A stretch of DNA of 64,000 nt from Sphaerodactylus townsendi (lineage: Eukaryota), in the NCBI RefSeq assembly GCF_021028975.2, contig NC_059433.1, positions 25,668,001 through 25,732,000 on the forward strand, read 5' to 3'. The translations under genes and the position numbers were made by a program. Under the pieces are notes generated by a model that saw only the letters and a list, made by a program, of their open reading frames with translations, was not told where the DNA came from and searched no databases. Of the stretch, positions 24,421-37,900 are shown one piece after another; position 1 is the stretch's first letter, and each line of letters begins with the position of its first letter.

Positions 24421-25370
24421 GTTTATAAGGAAAAAGGTTATCTTTCATGGGACTTACTTCTGAGGAAGCCTGCTTATACTTGTTCTCTATTTGACTGAGA
24501 TGTTCTAGATGGACAATGAGGGGCAATAAAGGCCGATATGTCCCTTGGGATGTGTTACTTCCAGATTCCCTAAACATTAGTGTGACTTGAGATTTCTCCA
24601 GCAGCCCTTTAAGTTATGTCAGATATTTAAAACATACCAGAATGGACAACAGAAGAGAAGATATTTTGAAAGTTGTGGGATATTGCCACCCCAGTTTGTG
24701 AAGAATTTTGTGTGGAAGACAGTGGATGCCCAAGTGGCAGCAGAGACAGGACTGGAGGGATTCCATACCGATGAAGAGTATTCCCTAAATGTGCAGGAAA
24801 TCCTGTTTTTTAATATAAAGAAAAAAAAGTACCAGCATGTAAAACAAAAACACATCAGGCCAGTGGGGAGTTTGGAGGCAGAAGGCTGTGTAGAAGCTAC
24901 TGAGCACCATCTTCCTCCTTTCACCAACCACTAGTAGCAGGTAGCAGATGGCAGGCAGTTGAGATGAAGAGGAAAAAATAAGTGGGAGCTGAAGGTTATG
25001 CACACATTCTGCCCTCATGATAGTGAGAGGGGAAGTAGTTTGCTTCTGCTCACCCTAAGGAGGAACAAAAATGTGCAGCGCTGCTTTATTCAAGTCGGGC
25101 TATTGGTCCATCTATCTCATCATTTCTGCTGTAACAGGCAAAACCTCACCATGATATCAGGCAGAGAAATATCTTTCCTAACAGCTGCTTCCTGAGATCC
25201 TCTTTAACCAGGAATTGCATCTGGGACTTCCTATAGACAAGACAACTGCTCTTCCAGTCAGCCTTGGCCCCTTTTCTAGAACATACACCTTCAGTCATGA
25301 GTCCTCCAAACGCTGTTTTTCTTCTTCCTTCTGGAATCCTTTATTCTCTGAAGAGGCTTGTCTCTTAACT

Positions 25371-25684
25371 GGGCCTTTCCCCACTTACCTTAAGCCCCGC
25401 GCTACTCTCCTCAAGTAGCGCGGGGTCCCCCGGCACTCCCCATGACAGGGGCGGCGACAGTGCAGCCGCCCTGACGCTGCCGCTGTTGCGCCCCCTCAGT
25501 GCGCGACATCCCTGGCGCTGGAGAAAACGGTGCCTTTTGATGACCCCATGCAGAGAGCGGGGTCATGGGGGTCGTGGGAACGCAGAGTGCGGGGTTGTGG
25601 GGATGCCTGGGAGCGCGCCAGGGATGCCGCGCACTGAGAGCAGCGCGCGGCATAGGGGGGATCCTGGTGAGTGGGGAAATGCCC
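25371..25684. mobile_element. GC-rich Harbinger-type MITE
   Basis: TIRs gggcctttccccacttacc / ggtgagtggggaaatgccc, 3-bp TSD act. Confidence 0.8.
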
Positions 25685-26408
25685 ACTGTTGGAAGACTCA
25701 TGGGATGGATTTCTCTCCCTTTTAAACCCCTTTTAAATGGGAATCCTCAGACATATGAGAGACATTCCTTCACACAGTTTAAAAAACTACAAAGTATCCC
25801 AGTTGTGTATTCAAATGCAGAAGTGGTCTGTCTACAGTTCATTCCAGTGGGATGCACACTTTGATACACATCCAAATTAGCATTAATATCAGCATATTTT
25901 GATACACTCTGCTAGAGGATTTTTCATAACAAAGAGCTTTCTAGCATATGGCTACAAATTCCTGTGCATTAGCCATGTGAGTCTGTGACTGTGACTGCAA
26001 AACTAAAAAAGGAGTCATGTGGCTCCTTCAAGAATGGGTTTATTGAAACATTGTTGAACAGCAAATACGGTCCAAAAGCAAAAAAGATTAAAAGAGTTAG
26101 AAGGACATGAATTGGTAGCATTGATGTGCAAAACTCAAAAGGATTCAAAATCTCCAAGCAACCGATGACTAAAGCTGTAATTAACAACCCAGACTACTTA
26201 TTTACATTAAATAGTTTACGTACAGAGGATATGAAAGGTGTCAGATGTGTTAATAAAATTAACGCTACCGAACAATCCGATTCAACATTTTATCAGCAGA
26301 GTCTCCTTTTGAAGGCTTTGTTGAAAAAATGCTGAATAAAAGGTAAGGTGCGGGTAGGGATGAGAGTCTAGTTTCTAGTGGTCATTGGAATGGGGATTTC
26401 AGCTAGAG

Positions 26409-26551
26409 CAGGGGCCTGCAACCTGTGGCTTCCCAGATGTTCATGGACTACAATTCCCATCAGCCCCTGCCAGCCAATTGGCCATGCTGGCAGGGGCTGA
26501 TGGAAATTGTAGTTCATGAACATCTGGAGAGCCATAGGTTGCAGACCCCTG
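26409..26551. mobile_element. Palindromic hAT MITE
   Basis: Hairpin core shared with the 5892 family, 8-bp TSD agctagag. Confidence 0.88.
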
Positions 26552-28554
26552 AGCTAGAGGGTGAAAGGTTAGTAGCAGTCTTCAAAAGCCCAGTATTGGA
26601 TACATTCAAGATCAAATGTGAAATAGCAGCATCAACATTGTATTTCAAAAGCATTTGTTATTAAAGTAGTTTCCTTTTAAAATAACTCATAAGTAAATTA
26701 TTGTAATTCTATCATTACATTCTGTTTTTCAGTCTGTAACTAGTGAGATAAAGGTGCTTTTAAACTCAGTCTACAATACACCTTCTAGGCAAGCTCAATT
26801 GAAATTAATATAAATAAAATAAATAGATACTCCAGGGTACTTCTGTTAAAATAGCATTTTACAAATATAGCACATCTATTTAGTCTTTTTTGTGGCAATG
26901 TTATTTCACAGTACTGGGCATTCAAACTGTTTGTCTGCAACTTCATTCTGCAACAGGATTTAAATAATCTCAAATGGTTCAGGTTTATGTAAACTATATT
27001 GTCAGTCCCTTTTTATCCATTGGAATTTCCATAGGAAAAAATTGTACATGGGCTTAAAAGAGTTTCTTCCTTAAAATATCCAGAAATGTTGAGTAAGTGA
27101 GTGAAGAGATCTAATAGAATAACTAAAAGGTACAAAGCGCTGAGCTTTTCTTATCCCAATAGTGAAATAGCTCAGATAATCAACACAACATTTCAGAGAT
27201 TTCTTAAATTCATCTCAGTATAGTTGTAAAATTACTTTTACACTGCATTCGGGAAAGCAATAACAGACAATGTATTTTATTCCTTGGAATAAACTGGTTC
27301 CTTCTTCTGTTATATCATACACAGTTTCTAACTATGCAAAAGCCTGTACATTGGCATCAAATTACAGGTTTCAATAACTGCATGTATCTTTGTCATCACT
27401 TTCAAAGGGAACACTGAATCGCTCATTTCTGGCCATTTCTCCTATCCACCACCCAGTGGCTTTTCATTCCACAAGGGGAAAGTACTTTTTTCTTTTCATT
27501 ATGATAGTGGGGTGTGTGTGTGTGTTCATGTTTGTGTGGACAACAGATGGGGAAGAACCCTTGTACAGAAAAATTGCCGAATGGGAATGGGTTAATCTCT
27601 GTATTCCTCTGCTAAAACTCACAGCTGATAAAGGACATTCATGGTGTGGGTGTGAAATGCAAAATCTGAGGCAACGCACTCGTGGCTAAATTTAACAAAC
27701 AGTATGACCCTTGCATTCATCTGAAGAAAAGATATGACACGATTCAAGACATGTAACACACAGAAGTACAGTTCAGTTGCAGTCTCTTAAATCTACAATG
27801 GATAAAATACTATTCATTTAATCACACAAGCAATCTCTCATAAGTGTTGTTACAGTGATGCATGGGACCACGGGTACTGCAGAAACATCCAGCAGGAGGC
27901 AAATGAAGTAGGTGTGATCTCTGATAGAAACATCCAGCGCAACATCATTTAAAAGGCTTTGCTCTAGATACTAGGCATGCAGAACCAGCTTAAGAGGCAC
28001 CAAAGCATATGTCAAATCAGTGGCATCGAAGTGAGAGGCACCCATTTCTGCTACCAGCTACATGCCCCTTTCTTTGCCCTGTTTTGTTTGGCTCAGCTGA
28101 GTCATGGATGCCCTCTGCAATATGTCCAGTGAAGACACAGGCTGTAGTAGCACTGCATTTCATATCCAGTTATTTCATAATGGCCAATTCAGTATCATAA
28201 TTTATGGATGCAGAGGTTGCAGTTCATGTTCTGTTTGGTGCCATAGTAGGTCATAGAGCTAGACTGAAAGAATGCTTTCACTTGACCCAACTACATTATA
28301 AAGCAACCTGAGCCTGTCTAAAACCCAACACTAACAGCCTCAGTTTTAGAACTCTTACGCCTTATCGCTATCAGTTGCAAAGAGGATGGCTGACCTATGT
28401 CTGTTTTATATCAACAAGACTGCATTTTACTGCGGTTGTACATGGAGGAGGCTCCAACTGACTCTTGCCAGAGGAGCTGGGTAGTTACAAAAAACTTGCT
28501 ATATGTTACCTGTGTTGGGTTGTAGACTGTATTGGGTCATCAGTTTGCAAGACA

Positions 28555-29775
28555 TCATTCTTCCCCAATATTTGAACAAGTGGTATATACTTTTAAAGAA
28601 TGATCCCCCCCGTCCAAGACAATCAGAGAATTATTTGCAGTGTAAGCTAACGCCAAGGGGTAGGAAAGACCCTGTGTAATGATGGGTTTACATACAGGGA
28701 AATCTTCGGGTTTTCCAAGGTCAAATACTGTTTGGTTAGAGGCATCAGTTGCTATAACGTGTCCTTCCTTGTTGAAGGTGACGGCACTGGGATAGAGTTT
28801 GGAAGGAAACACAAGATTCAGGCCAAAACTATCCACCTGGCTGACGAGCTTCATATCTGCACTGAAGACTTTCACTCTGATGCAGCCAAAGCTTGGGCCT
28901 TTTGCCATTAGATGTTCTATTACTGAAATAGCCCCAGAAGCCTGAGAAACGGCCACTTTTCTTGGGTTACACAGATTAGAATACATTTTCCTCACTTCCC
29001 TTAATTCCCCCTTTTTAAAGTCAGCTGTCAAGCGATACAAAATTCCTGCCTCTGAATCGGTCATGACAATATCGTTCTCAGGCGTAGTGTCAAGGCCCCA
29101 GGGCAAAGAGAAGGACTCTGAGATCACAAGCTTGCCTCTGCCATTAAAATCAAACACTTTGACAGAACGGTCTCCACTGTCTGTGACTACAATGTGACCA
29201 TCCAACGTGAAAGTGACATCAGTTGGGTACATAATGTCATTTCCTGCTCCTCCTCTTTCTCCAAACTGTTGCATGCAGCTCCCGTTGAAAGTAAACAGCT
29301 TAATCCTCTTCTTGCCATCGTGGGCCACTGCTATGCAGCCAGACTTCTGACAGACCGCAATACCGGTTGGATTGAGGAGCGTTCCCCATCCTCCAAAGGA
29401 AAGGCCAAATGTTAAGACATGAGATGCTGACACAGCCATATCCTCACCTGTCCCAATCGTCCTTCCAGAAACTGGAGAATGAATAGCCGAAGGGCTCAAT
29501 ATTTCCATCAAGTGCAGCAGCGGCAAACAGTCACTGGTCTCAGAAGATTTGCAAGCTCTTCGGCAAAAAGGACACTCCAACTTAAGATTCCGTGGATGAG
29601 CTAGAGAAGAGACGCATTTCAGGCACATAACATGTCCACATGGCAAGTTTCTTGGCCTACGTATTTTCTGCTGGCTGTATCTTTCAAAGCACACTTTGCA
29701 TTCAAACAGACTGGTCTCTGTCTGATCAACCAGCTTTGCCATGATCTCTACTTTCTCAGTGGCCATGACGGACAT
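28555..29775 (-). CDS. NHLRC1: Malin E3 ubiquitin ligase (RING-HC + NHL repeats), uninterrupted CDS, 406 aa
   Basis: C3HC4 RING (CKVC...CGHVMCLKC...CPFC) followed by NHL repeats (NPTGIAV, YPTDVTF, LPWGLDT, YPLALAY). Lies between KIF13A and TPMT, as in other amniotes. Confidence 0.96.
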   Translation of the reverse strand: MSVMATEKVEIMAKLVDQTETSLFECKVCFERYSQQKIRRPRNLPCGHVMCLKCVSSLAHPRNLKLECPFCRRACKSSETSDCLPLLHLMEILSPSAIHSPVSGRTIGTGEDMAVSASHVLTFGLSFGGWGTLLNPTGIAVCQKSGCIAVAHDGKKRIKLFTFNGSCMQQFGERGGAGNDIMYPTDVTFTLDGHIVVTDSGDRSVKVFDFNGRGKLVISESFSLPWGLDTTPENDIVMTDSEAGILYRLTADFKKGELREVRKMYSNLCNPRKVAVSQASGAISVIEHLMAKGPSFGCIRVKVFSADMKLVSQVDSFGLNLVFPSKLYPSAVTFNKEGHVIATDASNQTVFDLGKPEDFPVCKPIITQGLSYPLALAYTANNSLIVLDGGDHSLKVYTTCSNIGEE

Positions 29776-30554
29776 TTATACAACTCTAAGAGGATTTCTG
29801 CTTACACTCCGCAGTGGTGCTTTATGCCATCTGGTCACATTGGGTGGTCACAAGATCCGTTTACATCAGAGGTCAATGAATTCTAAGACAGGCGTCCATG
29901 TGCAATATGTGGTTGTCGTTTGCTGCCCTCTTCTGGAAACCTGATATAATACAACAGGTTCAGAAGACCCATCAGCCAGGAGAGCTCTAGAAAACGATTA
30001 AATCTTTCCTTCTGTGTTTTACTTTTAACTTGTTTTTATTTTTTAACTTAAAATGGATGTAAATATGATTCTTTCAACTGTCATGTACCGATATAATTGT
30101 ATTCATGAAAATTCAGTTCTGCAAGATAGATATCTGAATGCTGCCAACAGGGGCCCTTTTGTTTATCAAGGATCAATGCAAGGTTAAAGTCCACTAAAAC
30201 AAATAAAAGAGATGGGAAGAGATTTGATTTTCAAAAGTGCCTAACTCTCTTAACACTAGCAGTGTCTGCAACCTCACCAAAGGCCTTGCTTTCCAAAATC
30301 AATGCTATTGTCAGAATACACAAAGTTGTTTAGAAAGTTTAAAAATCTTTTGACTAAGGGAACTTAAGTTTGGAGGACAAGATTTTTTAAAAATTTATTA
30401 TAAATTGCCTCAAATTGTATGTTGATATGTTAAAAAAGGTTTAATAAACAGGGGCAACTTAGGCTGGGCTAGAAGTTTAACAAACAATGAAGAAATGTGA
30501 TGGAGAAGATTGACAGAAGGATATGGGCAGGAGGTCATTTGGGTATATATAGTC

Positions 30555-31043
30555 CAATGATGGTGAACCTTTTTAAGACCGAGTGCCCAAATTGCAACCC
30601 AAACCCCAGTTATTTATCGCAAAGTGCCAACTCAACAATTTAACCTGAATGCTGAGGTTTTAGTTTAGAAAAAAACGGTTGGCTCCCGCTTCCTCCGCCT
30701 CTACTCCACTCCGGGAAAGTAGGCCAGCCTGCTCTAGCCCTCCAGCAAGTCCCAGTAACTGGGCTCTGTGCCTCCCTAGCATCTCTGCTCCTCCCTCTGC
30801 ACACACCCCCCCCCTGGGCAGAAGCCACCTGGAGCACAGTGGGTGCACTAGGTCTGGGCTAGCTGTGTCCCTCCCTGCTCACCACGGTGTGCGCATGTCG
30901 TGCTCAGTGGCCCAGGCCAGCCTAGATGTGGGGGGGGGAGGGTGATTTTCCACCCCCCATATGACGAACTCTGTGTGTGCGTGCCCACAGAGAGGGCTCC
31001 GAGTGCCACCTCTGGCACCCGTGCCATAGGTTCGCCATCACTG
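30555..31043. mobile_element. hAT non-autonomous element (duplicated at ~35747-36225)
   Basis: Same termini as the 16117 element but a different interior. Imperfect TSD (a/t)tatagtc. Confidence 0.85.
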
Positions 31044-31759
31044 ATTATAGTCTATCTGTATGGTATTGACCTTTGTCGTGTAAGTAAAATAGATGCCTGA
31101 GGGAGGAGAAAATGGGAATAAGAAACAAGGACATTTGATTTTTAAATTGATTTTTCCAGCCATCCTTAATTTACATCCATTACCTTACCTATGTCTCAAC
31201 TGAGAAATTGCTGCCTCATGGCTTTCTCTCTGGTTTCTATGTCTTGGAAAAGAGGAGGCCTGTTGGGATTGTCTCCAGAAAAGATGACATTTCAAAGCAA
31301 CTGGCTTGAATGAGGCCACCTCGAAAGCTGCCAGGCAAACAGTCTAGCAGCTAACCAAACAGCTTGTGAAAGAAGCTCCTAAGGATCTTCCATGATGTGG
31401 CCAACTGATAGGCAGGAAAGCCACTTGACTCACACAATGAGACTTATAGTATTCATAACAAAGATGAATTAAATAAAATAAGAAAACTAACTAGCTGTTC
31501 AGGACTGCTAAATGCAGCATACTTCTTTTTGCTAAGGCGGAGAATAACTGCAGATTGGAGGAAAGAGGGCCACCCTTATTTCAGCCTAGCTGAATTGTTT
31601 CTTACTGGTTGATTCGGGAATGCTGCTCACTTGCAGATAAGCAGGGAGAACTGTTTTGTTCTTCTGAAAGCCAGTGTTGTGTAGTCGTTAAGAGTGGCAG
31701 ACTCTGATCTGGAGAACTGGGGCCAATTCTCCACAGTCGATTAATCCCGTGATACTCAC

Positions 31760-32030
31760 ACGAAATAGTCTTTGCCGAACCTGCTTGAAAGTACTACTTT
31801 TTCAAAAAACACGTCTTTGATCCAGTTTGGAGGGGAAGATCGAGGGTCTAATCTTGGTTCATATTTCCCACCGTGGAGCATGACGCAAATGCCTTACAAC
31901 CAATCAGTGCGCGCAGTGCTGTTCTCGCACGAGAGAACGATAACCAACCAGAAATTTGAGCGGGGGGAGACGTGCTGACGTGAGCACGTTTTTGCAGGAG
32001 AAAAAAAAGGTCCTGCCAATCAGAAGAGAC
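31760..32030 (-). promoter_or_regulatory. Putative NHLRC1 promoter and non-coding first exon
   Basis: Local CpG enrichment, two CCAAT boxes (~31900, ~32016), CRE-like tgacgcaa/tgacgtga and tgcgcgca. Minus-strand donor gtgagtat at 31759. Confidence 0.5.
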
Positions 32031-33269
32031 CTGCCAAGGCGATCATGTGGTAGTGGAGATTGTTACATTTCTTGAACCCAAGATAGGCCTAGATGTCTTC
32101 ACTGGAAACATGCTGCGGTGGGGCGATTGAAACCTCGATGAAAAGATGCGGTTTATTTTCAAACTTGGTTTGATCTAGATTGAATTTCCTGGTGGGGATT
32201 CGGCCTGGGTTTGATTCCCCATTCTTCCATCTGAAGTCAGCCACACGGCAAACCACCTGCAAATGCCTTTTGCCCTGAAAATCCTACAAGGCCACCATAA
32301 GTCAGCTGTGACTTGACAGCACTTGACACACACACTACACAAGTTGCTTCAATCAGCTTTTCAACAGCCATGCTACAGGAATCCTGCTGGGAAGGCTGCC
32401 TTCATTTTTTCAGGGCAGAAATGCCTGTAACAGCTGAATACAAGTAGATATTGAACAGGTGCAGCCTTCTCAGCTGTATGTGAGCGTCATTAACAGGGAA
32501 AATTGTTCCTAGTTATGTCTGCACACCACTTGACTTCTAAATGCATTGACATCCTGTCAGGAAAAAACCAATCATAATGACTGCAGATCTTGTAACAAGG
32601 GAGAGGGTGGGAAATCAATTAGCACTGTCTGCCCCTCTTCATCCTCCTTTGTCTCAGGCAGGTCCAAAATACAGCCCTAGACATCCTACCGATTTTATTC
32701 AGTTGTCTTTATGAGACTAGTAAGCTATTTTTGAAGATCTGTCCGCTTTAGTGCCTGTAAACAAAATCTCAGATGAGTTTTTTGCTCTAGGCAGCTGCCA
32801 ATCACAAACTCGGGTGTCGTTAATTTTAAGAAACGGGTGGAGACAGATGCTCGAATATGACAATTAGGAAAGTATTCCTTCATAATCTTAGCCCACTTTT
32901 GGCCAAAGCTTTAAATTTTATTTTCCAGGGGTGCGGGAGGGGAAGAGAGAGAGGAAACGTTCTTGCTGCAGGCAACACCAGCTGGTCCTCCTTCACTTTT
33001 TCCTCAACGTTTCCCCAAGTTTAAAATGGGTTTTCATCACAGCAGCTGCTTCCTCAACTGGGGGGCCCTTCATCAAAAGTGAAATGCCCAGTGCTTATGC
33101 AGCAATGGCACTGATTGACAGTAGAGGTAACAGCTGCCTCAGCAGAAGGAAGGCTTTAATTACCAAGACAGCAGCACAGGTAATGAATACCACAACTGTT
33201 CTGACACAAACGGCGATTGATCCAAATGGCACAAAGGGAACGAAGAAGAGCTGGTTTTCATGTCCCACT

Positions 33270-33565
33270 TTTATCTTTTGAAAAGAGTATCAAAGTGGCT
33301 CATAATCACTTTCCCTTCCCCGCCCCACAATGGGCACCTTGTGAGGTAGGTGAGGCTGAGAGAGTTCTGAGATAACTATGGCAAGCCTAAGGTCACCTAG
33401 AAGACTTCATGTCAGTCAAACTCTCAATCGTTGGCGGTAGAGAGGGACAGGCCTTGATGGGCGCAGGGAGCTGTGGGAGGAAGACTTCATGTGGAGGAAT
33501 GGGGAATCTAATCTGGCTCTCCAGATTGGAATCCACTGCTTTTAACCGCTACACCACACAGGCTC
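33270..33565 (-). mobile_element. Squam3-like SINE (duplicated at ~38500-38795)
   Basis: gtgaggtaggtgaggctgagagag...ctccagattggaatcc...accgctacaccac. Confidence 0.65.
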
Positions 33566-33880
33566 TATACATCATACCTTTTATCCACTGACTATGGGTT
33601 TTTGGAAAGAGTTACAACCTTCTAAGTGCATTGTCTTCAGTGGACTTAGACTGATGCAACTCAGTTTAGGACTGCACAGTTAAACTGCAAATCAGAGTCA
33701 CTGCACACTTCTACATGGCAATCTTGCATGGTGTGGAAATATTCTTCCTTCAACAATGTTTCATTCACCAGCTATACAAAGATGATGGGTTGATACACTT
33801 CCCCCAAACTCTGGAAACTAGAAAGCAGAGGGCTTTCAAGTGGTTTCCATGAACTTTAAAGTCATGTGAATCTTCTAGCT

Positions 33881-33993
33881 CCGTGGTGGCGAACCTTTGG
33901 CACTCCAGATGTTATGGACTTCAATTCCCATCAGCCCCTTCCAGCATGGCCATGCTGGAAGGGGCTGATGGGAATTGTAGTCCATAACATCTG
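33881..33993. mobile_element. Palindromic hAT MITE truncated at the duplication junction
   Basis: Same family as 5892-6037. The right TIR is missing here and present at the end of unit 2 (~39253). Confidence 0.85.
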
Positions 33994-34952
33994 AGGAAAC
34001 ACAAGATTCAGGCCAAAACTATCCACCTGGCTGACGAGCTTCATATCTGCACTGAAGACTTTCACTCTGATGCAGCCAAAGCTTGGGCCTTTTGCCATTA
34101 GATGTTCTATTACTGAAATAGCCCCAGAAGCCTGAGAAACGGCCACTTTTCTTGGGTTACACAGATTAGAATACATTTTCCTCACTTCCCTTAATTCCCC
34201 CTTTTTAAAGTCAGCTGTCAAGCGATACAAAATTCCTGCCTCTGAATCGGTCATGACAATATCGTTCTCGAAGTGTCGAGCCCAGGGCAAAGAAGGTCTG
34301 AGATCTGAAAGCTTGCCTCTGCCATTAAAATCAAACACTTTGACAGAACGGTCTCCACTGTCTGTGACTACAATGTGACCATCCAACGTGAAAGTGACAT
34401 CAGTTGGGTACATAATGTCATTTCCTGCTCCTCCTCTTTCTCCAAACTGTTGCATGCAGCTCCCGTTGAAAGTAAACAGCTTAATCCTCTTCTTGCCATC
34501 ATTGGGCCCACTGCTGTGTGAACTTCTGACAGACCGCAATACCGGTTGGATTGAGGAGCGTTCCCCATCCTCCAAAGGAAAGGCCAAATGTTAAGACATG
34601 AGATGCTGACACAGCCATATCCTCACCTGTCCCAATCGTCCTTCCAGAAACTGGAGAATGAATAGCCGAAGGGCTCAATATTTCCATCAAGAGATTACGC
34701 TGACAAACAGTCACTGGTCTCAGAGATTTGCAAACTCTTGACCCAAAAGGACACCTCAACAAGATTCCGTGGATGAGCTAGAGAAGAGACGCATTTCAGG
34801 CACATAACATGTCCACATGGCAAGTTTCTTGGCCTACGTATTTTCTGCTGGCTGTATCTTTCAAAGCACACTTTGCATTCAAACAGACTGGTCTCTGTCT
34901 GATCAACCAGCTTTGCCATGATCTCTACTTTCTCAGTGGCCATGACGGACAT
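33994..34952 (-). pseudogene. NHLRC1: Second, frameshifted and 3'-truncated NHLRC1 copy (pseudogene or false duplication)
   Basis: Near-identical to 28804-29775 but broken into ORFs 34695-34952, 34499-34762 and 33931-34587. Lacks the last ~83 codons and abuts a MITE at 33993. Confidence 0.8.
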
Positions 34953-37900
34953 TTATACAACTCTAAGAGGATTTCTGCTTACACTCCGCAGTGGTGCTTT
35001 ATGCCATCTGGTCACATTGGGTGGTCACAAGATCCGTTTACATCAGAGGTCAATGAATTCTAAGACAGGCGTCCATGTGCAATATGTGGTTGTCGTTTGC
35101 TGCCCTCTTCTGGAAACCTGATATAATACAACAGGTTCAGAAGACCCATCAGCCAGGAGAGCTCTAGAAAACGATTAAATCTTTCCTTCTGTGTTTTACT
35201 TTTAACTTGTTTTTATTTTTTAACTTAAAATGGATGTAAATATGATTCTTTCAACTGTCATGTACCGATATAATTGTATTCATGACAATTCAGTTCTGCA
35301 AGATAGATATCTGAATGCTGCCAACAGGGGCCCTTTTGTTTATCAAGGATCAATGCAAGGTTAAAGTCCACTAAAACAAATAAAAGAGATGGGAAGAGAT
35401 TTGATTTTCAAAAAAAAAAGTGCCTCCAACTCTGCTTTAACAACACTAGCAGTGTCGTAACCAACCTCATAAAGGCTCCGCCTTTTAAAATCAATGCTAT
35501 TGTCAGAATACACAAAGTTGTTTAGAAAGTTTAAAAATCTTTTGACTAAGGGAACTTAAGTTTGGAGGACAAGATTTTTTAAAAATTTATTATAAATTGC
35601 CTCAAATTGTATGTTGATATGTTAAAAAAGGTTTAATAAACAGGGGCAACTTAGGCTGGGCTAGAAGTTTAACAAACAATGAAGAAATGTGATGGAGAAG
35701 ATTGACAGAAGGATATGGGCAGGAGGTCATTTGGGTATATATAGTCCAATGATGGTGAACCTTTTTAAGACCGAGTGCCCAAATTGCAACCCAAACCCCA
35801 GTTATTTATCGCAAAGTGCCAACTCAACAATTTAACCTGAATGCTGAGGTTTTAGTTTAGAAAAAAACGGTTGGCTCCCGCTTCCTCCGCCCTACCCACT
35901 CGAGCAGGGGCCAGCCTGCTCTAGCCTCCAGCAAGTCCTGTGTGCACCGCTCTGTGCCTCTCTAGCATCTCTGCCTCCTCTGCACACACCCCCCCCCCCG
36001 GGCAGAAGCCACCTGGAGCACAGGCACTAGGCCCGCCAGCCAAGTCCTCCCTGCTCACCACGGTGTGCGCATGTCGTGCTCAGTGGCCCAGGCCAGCCTA
36101 GATGTGGGGGGGGGAGGGTGATTTTCCACCCCCCATATGACGAACTCTGTGTGTGCGTGCCCACAGAGAGGAGGGGCTCCCGAAAGTGCCACCTCTGGCA
36201 CCCGTGCCATGGGATTATGTCACTGATTATAGTCTATCTGTATGGTATTGACCTTTGTCGTGTAAGTAAAATAGATGCCTGAGGGAGGAGAAAATGGGAA
36301 TAAGAAACAAGGACATTTGATTTTTTTAAATCTGATTTTCAAGCCATCGCCAATTTACATCCATTACTGCCCACCTAAGTGTCTCAACTGAGAAATTGCT
36401 GCCTCATGGCTTTCTCTCTGGTTTCTATGTCTTGGAAAAGAGGAGGCCTGTTGGGATTGTCTCCAGAAAAGATGACATTTCAAAGCAACTGGCTTAGATA
36501 GAGGCCACCTCGAAAGCTGCCAGGCAAACAGTCTAGCAGCTAACCAAACAGCTTGTGAAAGAAGCTCCTAAGGATCTTCCATGATGTGGCCAACTGATAG
36601 GCAGGAAAGCCACTTGACTCACACAATGAGACTTATAGTATTCATAACAAAGATGAATTAAATAAAATAAGAAAACTAACTAGCTGTTCAGGACTGCTAA
36701 ATGCAGCATACTTCTTTTTGCTAAGGCGGAGAATAACTGCAGATTGGAGGAAAGAGGGCCACCCTTATTTCAGCCTAGCTGAATTGTTTCTTACTGGTTG
36801 ATTCGGGAATGCTGCTCACTTGCAGATAAGCAGGGAGAACTGTTTTGTTCTTCTGAAAGCCAGTGTTGTGTAGTCGTTAAGAGTGGCAGACTCTGATCTG
36901 GAGAACTGGGGCCAATTCTCCACAGTCGATTAATCCCGTGATACTCACACGAAATAGTCTTTGCCGAACCTGCTTGAAAGTACTACTTTTTTCAAAAAAC
37001 ACGTCTTTGATCCAGTTTGGAGGGGAAGATCGAGGGTCTAATCTTTGAAGTTCATGGCTTCCCACCGTGGAGCATGGCGCCAAATGCCCACAACCAATCG
37101 AATGCGGCGCAGTGCTGTTCTCGCCATACGAGAGCGAGGCAACCAGCCAGAAATTTGAGCAGGGAGACGTGCTGGCTATTGAGCCGCGTTTTTTGCAGGA
37201 GAAAAAAAAGGTCCTGCCAATCAGAAGAGACCTGCCAAGGCGATCATGTGGTAGTGGAGATTGTTACATTTCTTGAACCCAAGATAGGCCTAGATGTCTT
37301 CACTGGAAACATGCTGCGGTGGGGCGATTGAAACCTCGATGAAAAGATGCGGTTTATTTTCAAACTTGGTTTGATCTGAATTGAATTTCCTGAGTGGGGA
37401 GTTGACCTGGGTTTTGATTCCCCATTCTTCCATCTGAAGTCAGCCACCGCGACGGGTAAACCACCTGCAAATGCCTTTTTTTGCCTGAAAATCCTACAAG
37501 ACCACCATAAGTCAGCTGTGAAGCGACGGCACCGAGCACACACACACTACACAAGTTGCTTCAATCAGCTTTTCAACAGCCATGCTACAGGAATCCTGCT
37601 GGGAAGGCTGCCTTCATTTTTTCAGGGCAGAAATGCCTGTAACAGCTGAATACAAGTAGATATTGAACAGGTGCAGCCTTCTCAGCTGTATGTGAGCGTC
37701 ATTAACAGGGAAAATTGTTCCTAGTTATGTCTGCACACCACTTGACTTCTAAATGCATTGACATCCTGTCAGGAAAAAACCAATCATAATGACTGCAGAT
37801 CTTGTAACAAGGGAGAGGGTGGGAAATCAATTAGCACTGTCTGCCCCTCTTCATCCTCCTTTGTCTCAGGCAGGTCCAAAATACAGCCCTAGACATCCTA

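Noticed and set aside
24587-24934. 115-aa plus ORF, possible retrocopy or exon
   Set aside because: No recognisable homology, polyA tail or TSD. A BLASTX would be needed.
32931-33281. 116-aa ORF with a hydrophobic antisense frame, between NHLRC1 and TPMT
   Set aside because: Non-ATG start, stops in the antisense frame and no recognised family.
33931-34952. A functional second malin gene
   Set aside because: Multiple frameshifts, a missing C-terminus and an error pattern typical of unpolished long reads.
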